This document shows, piece by piece, positions 8,334 to 17,900 of a stretch of DNA of 20,456 nt. Numbering within the stretch: position 1 is the stretch's first letter; each line of letters begins with the position of its first letter. The stretch comes from Candidatus Helarchaeota archaeon (GTDB taxonomy: Archaea > Asgardarchaeota > Lokiarchaeia > Helarchaeales > RDOG01), in the NCBI GenBank assembly GCA_019058315.1, contig JAHPZH010000007.1, positions 255,089-275,544 of the forward strand, given 5' to 3'. Under the pieces are notes generated by a model. The model saw nothing but the letters and a program-made list of their open reading frames with translations, was not told the origin of the DNA and ran no database searches. The position numbers and the translations under genes are program-made.

Positions 8334-9518
8334 ATGTCAATCAATTGGGATGATATAACAAAAAATCCAAGTAAAAATCATAAAGTATTAGGAAGTTATC
8401 TACTACAACAAAAAAAGAAAATAGATGAATTAGAAAAAAAACAGAAAGAATTTGAAGAGGCTAAAGAAAATATAAATAAAATGCATGATTCTATGGTTTC
8501 AGAAATAGAATCAAAAGATAAAGTTATTGAAGATACTAAAAAAGAACTTGATAATAGTAATAAAAAAAATGAATCATTACAAAATACTATAATAGATCAA
8601 GAAAAAGAGATTTCTAATTTAAATTCAAAAAATCAAGGATTGGAGGATAAAGTTCAAGAATTAGAAACTAAAGTCAAAGAATCCATCAATTTAACTGTAG
8701 AACTTGGGCAAAAAAAGAGTGAACTTGAAAAATCTAAATCAGAACTTCAAAATTACAAAGATTCCGAAACAAATTTTAAAAATGAAATACAAAAACTTAA
8801 AAACTCAAATTCTGAATTAAGAGATGAACTTCAAAAAATCAAAGATGCAGAAGAAGGGCAAATAAAGGAAATAACGCAATATCAAGAGAAGGTAAGGGAA
8901 TTAACATCTGAGATCCAAAATTTAAGAACAGAATTGGATTCATTAAAAGAGAAACTTCCTAGTAAAGATGATGAAGAAAAATTAGATAACTTAAGACAAG
9001 AAATCTCTAACGCTAAACAAACGATTGAACAAAATAATAATCAAATAGAAGAATTAAAACAAAATATTAAAGATAAAGAAGCAGAAATCGAAAATTTAAA
9101 AGAAGCACCAACTTCTGCTCCTGTTATTGAAATGCTGGCAGTCAAAGGAAAAGAAGCTGCGATTAATACGCTCCAAAATATACTTAATGAAGCAAAATCT
9201 AAAGTTTTAATTGTTACTCCTGATATCAAATATATTCAAGATTTACCATTTCAAGACATTCGAGAAGTAATAAGGATAGATGTCGCAGCTAATATTACTG
9301 ATAAAAATGTTTATGACCATCTCATGGATATACGACCATCATTAAGAGTCCGAGATAACCCCCATATTGACCGATGGGGAATAACAATTGATAATGAAAA
9401 ATTATTTTTTGCTGCTTCAATCGAAGAACCTATTGGATTTATTACCACAAATAGAAAAATGATCGATTTCATCAATGCTATCCTAACAGAATCATGGGTT
9501 CGTGCAAAACGTTTGTAA
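8334..9518 (+). CDS. Long coiled-coil protein with C-terminal TrmB-effector/PLD-like alpha-beta domain
   Basis: About 235 aa of E/K/Q heptad-rich sequence, a short Pro linker (APTSAP), then KGKEAAINTLQNILNEAKSKVLIVTP...ITIDNEKLFF. ATG at 8334 preceded by GGGTG. No Walker A motif, no HTH. Confidence 0.7.
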   Translation: MSINWDDITKNPSKNHKVLGSYLLQQKKKIDELEKKQKEFEEAKENINKMHDSMVSEIESKDKVIEDTKKELDNSNKKNESLQNTIIDQEKEISNLNSKNQGLEDKVQELETKVKESINLTVELGQKKSELEKSKSELQNYKDSETNFKNEIQKLKNSNSELRDELQKIKDAEEGQIKEITQYQEKVRELTSEIQNLRTELDSLKEKLPSKDDEEKLDNLRQEISNAKQTIEQNNNQIEELKQNIKDKEAEIENLKEAPTSAPVIEMLAVKGKEAAINTLQNILNEAKSKVLIVTPDIKYIQDLPFQDIREVIRIDVAANITDKNVYDHLMDIRPSLRVRDNPHIDRWGITIDNEKLFFAASIEEPIGFITTNRKMIDFINAILTESWVRAKRL

Positions 9519-9570
9519 ACTTATTAAATTCTATTCTATCATTTTTTATTAATTTTCAAAAATTAGATAT

Positions 9571-9597
9571 TATTATATATATTATATATATTATATA
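9571..9597. repeat. Intergenic minisatellite (TATTATATA)x3
   Basis: Three perfect 9-bp copies at 9571, 9580 and 9589. Confidence 0.75.
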
Positions 9598-9712
9598 ATA
9601 AATCAAAAAAGACAAAATAGTTTTATTGTTGCTATTGTAGATATAATATACATGGGTTTCTTAGTGAATAAAGATATTATAATCTTTAAAAACTCTGAAA
9701 TGAGGGAATTTT

Positions 9713-10798
9713 ATGACTATTGCAACTGTTGATAAAGATTTACAACCGTTTAATACTTCAATTTCTTATAAACAAGCAGCTATAGGAGTTTTATGGGCAA
9801 TTTCAATTGGATATGGTATATATGTTTTTATATATTTTATTGATCCATTATTAATTTCCATGTTCAATTGGAGTATAATAGGTTTTTTTTCTGATTTTTA
9901 TCTAATTCAAGTTTCTCCTCCAAATCACTTGTATTATATCTCAATCGGATTCTCATTTCTAACTAATATTCCTGCATGCTTAGGTTGGTTTTTTGGGGGA
10001 ATTTTTCTTGGAAGTTATAATAAGAAAAAGAATACTCATTTTAATGGAGTTAAAGGATCTTGGAAATCATTTCAAATTGTTATTATGGCAATAGAACTGA
10101 TTTTTATAGGAAGTGTATTTTATTATCTAATTTCCTATTTAATTGGTTTGAATTTCATACCAATTACAACATTTTTTGGTGGCCTTGTTTTATCCTTAGT
10201 TACACTTTTCATTACTCCTGGTTTTTGGTTATCATTCTCATTTGTTCTAATAGGTGGAATAATTGGCACAAAATTTACAAAACCAATTAAAGCTCCCCCA
10301 ATAAAAAAGGTTCCAAAAATAGTAATTGAACCTGAAGCAAAGCCTACGTTAGCAAAGCCAGCAATCAAAAAAGCTGAATTTGCAAAAACTCCATCTTCTT
10401 CAAGAGCAACACAAGCTGAGACTGCTGTTAAAGTTCCAACTAAACCACCAATTACTGAAAAAGTCGAAATTACTGAAGAGGATCTAAAAATTACTGAAGA
10501 AATCTTGAAAACTGGTATTTGTCAAAAATGTAACAATCCTTTTCCTATTGAACGATTAAAAATGATACAAAAGGGTAATGATACATTCTGTCCAAATTGT
10601 TTTCAGGTTATATATGCGATTGATATTAAACGAAAGAGAGATGATATTAAGAAGATTTTTCGGATTGGAGTCGAATTAATATCAGAAGATTTAGAAAAAG
10701 CAAAAGCAGCTTTTGAAAATGCTTTAGAACTCGCAAAAAAAATAAATGATGATGAGTTGATAAAGGAAATAGAGGAAATAATAAATAAACTCGATTGA
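9713..10798 (+). CDS. Multi-pass membrane protein with Pro/Lys linker, C4 zinc ribbon and C-terminal TPR/MIT-like helices
   Basis: 4-5 hydrophobic segments in the first ~190 aa, a P/K/A/E/T-rich linker, CQKC-x19-CPNC, then EKAKAAFENALELAKKI. GAGG RBS. Confidence 0.72.
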   Translation: MTIATVDKDLQPFNTSISYKQAAIGVLWAISIGYGIYVFIYFIDPLLISMFNWSIIGFFSDFYLIQVSPPNHLYYISIGFSFLTNIPACLGWFFGGIFLGSYNKKKNTHFNGVKGSWKSFQIVIMAIELIFIGSVFYYLISYLIGLNFIPITTFFGGLVLSLVTLFITPGFWLSFSFVLIGGIIGTKFTKPIKAPPIKKVPKIVIEPEAKPTLAKPAIKKAEFAKTPSSSRATQAETAVKVPTKPPITEKVEITEEDLKITEEILKTGICQKCNNPFPIERLKMIQKGNDTFCPNCFQVIYAIDIKRKRDDIKKIFRIGVELISEDLEKAKAAFENALELAKKINDDELIKEIEEIINKLD

Positions 10799-10832
10799 AA
10801 AATTAAGCTATTAAGATTTAAACTAACAAAAA

Positions 10833-13277
10833 TTATTCTAATTTCTTCCTTACAAATTTTTCCTTTTTTTTTCTCTTTTTTCTTTCTACATTCTTTTGTT
10901 TTACATTTTCCTTAAATGATACAATTTTGGTTTGTATTCTTTTTCTTTCTTTTATTAAAACACTTGAAACTGCCCCTATTGAAATAATAGAAATAATAAG
11001 GATAAAATTAAAATCATTAGTTTTTTCCAAATCAATTTGATTTTTTACAAAAATTGTGATAAATTCTGGAATCGGATAATATTGGAACTTAATTTGAACT
11101 TGTCCAATAACGGCTAAGGATAAATTATAGGCTGAAATATTTGCTATGCCTTGGACCTTTTCTGTTTGAATCCTGAAAGTTAAGATCTTATTCTTAATAG
11201 AAACTTGAACACCTGGAGTTAGAGGATCCTCATCGTGAGATACTATTTTACCTAGATCTGTTGAAATTGTAATTAATATCCCATCATTTAATTCTTCTTC
11301 ATTTGAATCATACATTATTCCAGAGTTAATTTTAATTTTACTTGTGCCATCTATGGAAATACTTCTTTTGGAAGGATTTAAAGTGAAATTTACATACGGT
11401 TTACCAGTTTTTAACCAACATTCTAAAAAGGGAAATAAAAACGCATTCCCTCTTTCATTTGTAATAACATCACTATCCCCAATTGCCATGATGCTGGAAT
11501 TATAGAGTATTAAAGGAGTTGTATTGAGGTCTTGATCGTTAAAAGAAATAGCTCCAGCAAATCCTAAATTAGATATGTTTTCTCCCCAAGAAAAAGGTGA
11601 TCCTTGTGCAAAGATTGTTAAGTTTGAGCTTATATCTATAACAGAACTTTGATATGCAGGAAAATATAATTCAGGGATTATTCCTTTTATTAATGGATAT
11701 ATCGGATCAGAGTTTTCATTCGTATTATTATCACAGATTAAATAATGAGTTATATTAATTCCATAATTCATCAAAAGTTCGTTTAAAGGATTCCAACGGG
11801 GTTTAAATCCATAAAGGAGAAATTCCTCAGCGATATTATCCTCACATAAAAAAGTGGAATAACTTTCACCGAATACTAATAATTTAGTTGAAGAGTGTAA
11901 ATTAGAAATTTGGTAACTGGAAATATTTTGTAATGGATTTGAAATGCAAACTGCATCGAAATTTGACACATTTAATACCATTTCTGATGCAAAGACAGAA
12001 AAATTATGATCCCTTAAGTATTTCGCAAAATTATATAGTCCACTGATACTTTGATCAACTTTTCTACTAAAATTTACTTCTGAAAATAAAATACTGCGAG
12101 AAGAGATAACAGGCTTAAAAAAATGAACAACACATGTTTTATTTTCATTAGAATTATTAACTATAAAAATTACGTATCCATCTTCATTTACAGTAATATT
12201 CCATGTAGTCCTATTTTCTGCATTAATCATTTGATTTGGTTCGATAGTACCTCCAGTGATATTTGCAGAGATATTGTAAATTCCATTTGTTGATAAATTT
12301 AAAGAAAAAGTATTAGCAGTAAACAGACTATATTCGGGTAAAACTTGGATATTATTTGATGAAATTGATTTATTTACTAACCATTTAATTATCTTTAGAA
12401 TAAACTTGGAATTATTACCAATTTTCATCCCAAAATTAAATGGTCTTCCGATTCTAGCATCCCCATTCCAAATGAATTCAGCATCGGTTACACAAATAAC
12501 TCTTCCCTCTCCATATTCACATTTTGCACCAACTACCGCATTAAGAGGGTTTGAATTTTCCGAACATATTGCAATTGGAGTTGCTCCTGTACCAAGAGTT
12601 AATGAAGCTGCAGCAAAAAATGTAATATTTGTTAAATCGAAATAAGATGAGTTGAATACTATATATTTCTCATGATAATAATTATAAACGCTATCATTAA
12701 TCCTATTAAAATCAATTGATATATTGAATTTTTCTAATAATTTATTTTGAAAAGTGTTAATTCCATATGGATCATTTCTATTTCCATGATCACCGAAGAC
12801 AAGGAGCCCCCCACCATCAGATACAAATTGATCAATTAAATTTATTTCTTGGTTTGTATAAGTTTGGTTGTTTCCATAATTTAACACAAGTATATCATTA
12901 TTATTTAAAGAAGGAATAGTTTCATTTAGAAATCTTGTACTTGCACTAACGTGAAAAGAATTATTCATTAAAAAAATAGCAAGATCCGAATAGCCTGCGA
13001 ATCCTGTATCCCAAAGGGAAAAATATTGGTGATGTGAAGCATCAAAAACAATATTTATCTCGGATCCATTGGAAATATCACTCATATCTGCTTTGTGAAT
13101 TTTAAATTCTTGGTCTGTAGAATTAATTGATTTATTAGTTAAATAATTATTACTGTAATATGAAACATGATAAAAATTAAGTAAGCTGTTCAATAAGCAA
13201 AAAGTTATTACACCTACAAGTAACAAAAACTTCTTTCTAGAAAATTTGAACCCAATATCCAATGATTTAATTTTCAA
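10833..13277 (-). CDS. Type-I membrane protein with two GIFT/DUF4350 (GldG/IFT52-like) domains and an Ig-like domain
   Basis: N-terminal basic+hydrophobic signal (RKKFLLLVGVITF). Domain 1: IVFDASHHQ...YSDLAIFL...EINLIDQFVSDGGGLLVFGD...GEGRVICVTDAEF...IIKWL. A second similar unit runs from ILFSEVN to ECWL. Then a beta-rich ITISTDLG domain, a C-terminal TM and a Lys/Arg tail. Confidence 0.72.
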   Translation of the reverse strand: MKIKSLDIGFKFSRKKFLLLVGVITFCLLNSLLNFYHVSYYSNNYLTNKSINSTDQEFKIHKADMSDISNGSEINIVFDASHHQYFSLWDTGFAGYSDLAIFLMNNSFHVSASTRFLNETIPSLNNNDILVLNYGNNQTYTNQEINLIDQFVSDGGGLLVFGDHGNRNDPYGINTFQNKLLEKFNISIDFNRINDSVYNYYHEKYIVFNSSYFDLTNITFFAAASLTLGTGATPIAICSENSNPLNAVVGAKCEYGEGRVICVTDAEFIWNGDARIGRPFNFGMKIGNNSKFILKIIKWLVNKSISSNNIQVLPEYSLFTANTFSLNLSTNGIYNISANITGGTIEPNQMINAENRTTWNITVNEDGYVIFIVNNSNENKTCVVHFFKPVISSRSILFSEVNFSRKVDQSISGLYNFAKYLRDHNFSVFASEMVLNVSNFDAVCISNPLQNISSYQISNLHSSTKLLVFGESYSTFLCEDNIAEEFLLYGFKPRWNPLNELLMNYGINITHYLICDNNTNENSDPIYPLIKGIIPELYFPAYQSSVIDISSNLTIFAQGSPFSWGENISNLGFAGAISFNDQDLNTTPLILYNSSIMAIGDSDVITNERGNAFLFPFLECWLKTGKPYVNFTLNPSKRSISIDGTSKIKINSGIMYDSNEEELNDGILITISTDLGKIVSHDEDPLTPGVQVSIKNKILTFRIQTEKVQGIANISAYNLSLAVIGQVQIKFQYYPIPEFITIFVKNQIDLEKTNDFNFILIISIISIGAVSSVLIKERKRIQTKIVSFKENVKQKNVERKKRKKKEKFVRKKLE

Positions 13278-13496
13278 TAAAATTCAGTCCGAATTTTAGT
13301 ATTAGATATTCAATAAATAACTTATTTTTAATATTTGATATATTTATTTTTTTTAATATTTTTTTTGAGGCAATTTTTCATATCTATTGATTAAATTTCT
13401 TTAATAGGGTTAATAATCTCATTATTTAAGATATATAAAACCAAAAATCATCTATATTAACATAGAAAAAATATTAAATTTTGTAGTATTTTTGAA

Positions 13497-14627
13497 TTAA
13501 GTTAATCTTGTCATATATGTCTTTAAAATTAATAATGTTGCCTTTATTTCTTTTAACTCAGATTTAATCTCTGTAAATTCGGTTTGAAGTTCCCTATATT
13601 GATTCTCTAGAGCATTAATTTTAATAGCGATTTTATTAGATTCGTCACCGATAGTAACCATATCTTCAATTTCTAGATATTTTTTTCTTAAATCTTCAAT
13701 AAAATCCGGATCATTTGCATTTTCAAATCCCTTTGGATGTGCCATTTGAATTTTTAAAAAATCTTGATCAATACCTGCTTTTTTTAATAAAGTAATATTA
13801 AGTTTTTTAATTGATTTTGGATCTAATCCGTTTATACCTAATTCTAATGTTATATTCCTTAATATATGGCTAAATGTAGCCGGCTCTAATGAGTGTTGGT
13901 GTTCATCATCCTTTTTATTTTTTCTAAAAGTAAGAAATATTGGTTCATTCTCATTTTCGAAGATTTTTCTTTCGTATTTAAAGTAATCATTTATAAAAGA
14001 ACAACTTTCAGAACTAAAAAACGCGATTTTAGATTTATTATTTTTTGAGCGTTTATAAATAATAATATTTGTGTTTGAAACCTTATCATAATTTAAAACC
14101 CAATTTTGTTTTGTTACTTTAAAAAGATCAGATAAATCCATGGTTGAAGAAAATATTGAGCAAATAATGGCTTTATCTCTGAAATTTTTAGCTCTTCTTA
14201 AAATTTTTTTTAAAAAAAATCTCAACTTTTCAATTTTCAGTCCATTTTCTGTGAGTTCTTTGGATTTAATTCCCTGATCCGGAAAGGGTAGCCAATCATC
14301 TTTAGTCCAGATAATTGGATTCATATTATATCTGAAAAATCTTCCCAATTTACTCCCCAAATATTGTCTTATTGTTCCACCGCTTACGCCTTCCGATTTT
14401 AAGAAGTGACCGAATTGTAATAGCCTGTTTTTTGATTCTCTAATGTTGTTTCTAGCTTCTTCTATTAATTCTTTTGGACTCATTCTCGCAAATTCCGTAT
14501 AACGCCTCAAAACACTTAAATATGCATTTCTCCCTCTCTTTAAATCTTTAATATAATAATTTGTCTCTGGAAACTCAAGAAGCTCTAAATAGATCTTTTC
14601 ATTCTTTCCTATATTGTTTATAGACAT
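13497..14627 (-). CDS. Tyrosine recombinase/integrase-fold protein, apparently catalytically inactive, with C-terminal coiled coil
   Basis: SAM-like N-domain (AYLSVLRRYTEF...SPKELIEEA...TIRQY...FFRYN), box I RDKAIICSIFSSTMDLSDL, KRSK, EPIF, box II LDPKSIKK and QMAH. Catalytic H-x-x-R and Tyr are missing. Confidence 0.8.
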   Translation of the reverse strand: MSINNIGKNEKIYLELLEFPETNYYIKDLKRGRNAYLSVLRRYTEFARMSPKELIEEARNNIRESKNRLLQFGHFLKSEGVSGGTIRQYLGSKLGRFFRYNMNPIIWTKDDWLPFPDQGIKSKELTENGLKIEKLRFFLKKILRRAKNFRDKAIICSIFSSTMDLSDLFKVTKQNWVLNYDKVSNTNIIIYKRSKNNKSKIAFFSSESCSFINDYFKYERKIFENENEPIFLTFRKNKKDDEHQHSLEPATFSHILRNITLELGINGLDPKSIKKLNITLLKKAGIDQDFLKIQMAHPKGFENANDPDFIEDLRKKYLEIEDMVTIGDESNKIAIKINALENQYRELQTEFTEIKSELKEIKATLLILKTYMTRLT

Positions 14628-14794
14628 CCTAATCCTTAATTAAATTATAAATGAATCAATTATAAATCTTACTACTCAAGTAACTAATTTATATATAAAA
14701 AATTTAAAATTTGAAAAATTCTCAATTTTTATTGAATAAATTCCTTTCAAAATAAAAAAATTTTGAGAAAATCACATTTAATTAAACAATTTTT

Positions 14795-14813
14795 GAAAAA
14801 AACACTTATATAG
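14795..14813 (+). promoter_or_regulatory. Candidate BRE/TATA promoter of the giant surface protein gene
   Basis: GAAAAAAACAC followed by TTATATAG (14806-14813), about 160 bp upstream of the ATG. The AT-rich context lowers specificity. Confidence 0.4.
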
Positions 14814-14962
14814 GAAATGTATGTGACATAAGATATAATTAATCAGAATTTTGTCATAAGTAAAAAATTAACAAATTTTCTGTATAAAGTTTTTAGGATA
14901 ATTTTTGAAATAATTTAGTTGTCTAATAATAATTTATACTTTGAATTATGGACATACTTTTC

Positions 14963-14968
14963 AGGTGG
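14963..14968 (+). promoter_or_regulatory. Shine-Dalgarno AGGTGG of the giant gene
   Basis: 6 nt upstream of ATG 14975; supports this start over the in-frame ATG at 14948. Confidence 0.6.
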
Positions 14969-14974
14969 AAAAGA

Positions 14975-17900
14975 ATGAAAAATAAAAAGTTTAAAATTGG
15001 AATGGCTTTATTTTTATCAGTTTTAATAGTTTCTAATTTTGCTAATATTAGCTCTTATATTAGTGTAGACAGTACAACTCCTTTTAATTACATATATTCG
15101 TCAATTATTTTTGATTCAATTAAACCACCTAGTGATATATATAATATAGTTCCACCTGAACAAACTCCGTATTTATCTACTAGTGTGGCAAACGAACCTA
15201 ACTTAACTCGAGTAGATTATCCGGTAATCTTGAGAATGGAAGAACAAGCGAATATATATAGTGCAATAGGAGGATTAAACGAAAGCTACATTCGTGTTGT
15301 ATATTATTCAGGAGATAATGAATGGGTAGAAATACCATTTCAAATTGATGAAAAGGGTTGGCCTTTCATGTGGTGGTGGTCAGGGGTAGTAGGAGGTTTA
15401 GGTCAACCAGTATACGGTAATAATCTCACTAGGACTCATACCTATGTGTCTCAAAATGGAACCAGTAACTATGAACCGAGTAACGGGACTGATACTCAAG
15501 TTGCGTATGCACTCGATTATGATGATCAAATTTGTTTTTATGCAAAAAACGGGAAAATGGTTTCAGGGAGTACATGGTGGAGTAGAAATTTTCCTTACAG
15601 AATTCTAGTTAACATATCGGATCCAATCGATGGGGGACATTCTTTTATGTATATTTACTTTAATAATGTAACAAAGCAAGCGACACCATCATACACAAAT
15701 ATTGTGAGTTGGGATCCGGCCAATTTAATCATTTCGACACCAATTTACCAAAAACAGTTTAGTTCTTCTGATCCTGACATTACCACCATGATGAGAAGTG
15801 TAGCTCCAGGCTTCGATGGAGCGGATGTTATACATGAAATGGATAAAGCATTTACCGGGTTACACCTAAGTAGAGCGTGCACAATCATCACTATTGATCA
15901 ATTTGAGATTGATATAGATATCATGACCTACGGTACATGGGGCGGAACTTATTACAACACAAAGGGAACGACAATTGATAATCCAAATGAAGAAGCAGTT
16001 CAACCATCGAATCCACCTAATACTAACGGTTGGAACGGCTGGGACACCCAAGGAGATCACTTGGCAGTTAAAAACGGTCCCGTCCGAGTTATACTACAAA
16101 AAAGTTCTTACGAACAAGTTTTTATAGTTAATCTCCCAATTGTAGGAGATTTAATAGCTTGGTTTGTTGATCGACCCTTACACCTTTTTTATAAAAATAT
16201 GGAACAAGGTGATGAAGGTATAATTTCAATTCCAGCTGCGGGGTACTCGGTAGTAGATGCAGGTATGTGGCTGGCTACTGTTCGACTTAATAACACATAT
16301 AGATATGATTTTGAAGCCGTTTTTGGTGGTAACCCTGGCGGATACCCAGGATATACTGGTGCAGATGCCAATCCTGACTATGCAGTTGGTAATGAAAAAT
16401 TTATGGTTATGAGTGGAACAGATGCTGATGATGATTTGTCAAATGGAGGAAGTCCATTAACTAATCCTCCGACGTCACCCCCTTCCGGTAATCAAGGTCT
16501 TGCAGATTATATCATGATGTGTTCAGAAGAACATGGAGGAGTTTGGATGTATTTGCCAAGACAAGAGATGATGACTGCTATTCAAACTTATGGAGGCACA
16601 CCTTATATGTATTTAAATGATATTGGGTCATACAGTGAATTAGGGGGATGTGCTACTGGAATTGATCTTAACGATGGACAAACCGTAACCACGGATCCTT
16701 ACTATTTTAGGATTGTTTACGGTGATTTTACTAATGCTTCAGATGTTGCCAAAGCACAGCTCGAATATAAAAGATATAAAACAGATTTAAGTGGTCGCCC
16801 ACATGGCGTAATAGAAGAAATGCCCACTGGTCCTTTAATTGAATATGTAGTTTCTCCAACAGGTTCTATTTATAAGGATGGTGATACTATTACATTAATT
16901 ATTAAAGCAGATAACGATGGATATAATGCTACCATCGACTGGTCAGCGATAGATTCCACGGCAGGAGTAGCAGTGGCAACTTCTGTAGGTCCAGGAACTC
17001 ATCAATATATGGCTACTCACACAATTTCAACATCTAATTCCCTTGGAGATGGTGTCAAAAATATATTTTGTGAGGTAACAAACCTTTCAACTTTTCTAAC
17101 AGCTAATAATACATTTGAAAGTGAACTGGATAACACCAACCCAGTTGCTGCCCAACCATCCGCACCGCCTACACCAATTGGAGGAACATCTGTGACGATT
17201 GATTGGTCTGCAAGCCCGGGTAGTGATGCTGGAGATGTAAAAAGAATTTCTCACTATAGACTACTCCGGAGCACTAGTTCAGGTCCACCTTACGAAACTT
17301 TTGTAGGAAATACGACAGTAACGTGGAGTAATGAGACATCAGAGACTTCAATGCTCGCTACTGGATTAAGTGCTGGAATGAATTATTTTATGCTTCAAAC
17401 TTTTGACTTAGTTGATCTTGTAAGTAATGCTACGCAAGTTTCAACGCAAGTTGTGCTAGCTGTTGATACACCTGCAGAATTGGATGCACTTCCCACATAT
17501 ACCGGTCATAATAGTACCGGTGGGGTCAGTGTGACTCTTAATTGGACTGATAATCCTGGATCAGATGCAGATGGACCTATTAGTGGTTACCGCGTTTATA
17601 GAGCAACCCATGCTTTTCCACAAACAGGTCCTGTAGGATCCTTTGTTGATGTTAGTGGACTTTTAGGATCCTCAACAACAGTATGGACGGATCAATCCTT
17701 GGATATATCAGATGAAAATGATAAATTTATTTATATGCTCGCAACTCGAGATGCTTTAAATAATTGGGCCAATTCGAGTCCAGTAAATACTATTCTCGAC
17801 CTTAGTATTCAAACTTATGCTCAACCTGAAGATTTAGATGCTGCTTCACCTCCCGATGGAGATAATCAATACCGTTCTCCCACAGCACAAATAGTTCTTG

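Noticed and set aside
8334-9518. SMC/chromosome partition protein or active phospholipase D
   Set aside because: No Walker A/B or hinge, and no HxKxxxxD motif.
777-12645. Small overlapping ORFs (777, 1199, 1667, 4961, 5097, 5615, 9041, 10060, 10135, 12406)
   Set aside because: They overlap well-supported genes on the opposite strand or another frame and have no motifs or RBS.
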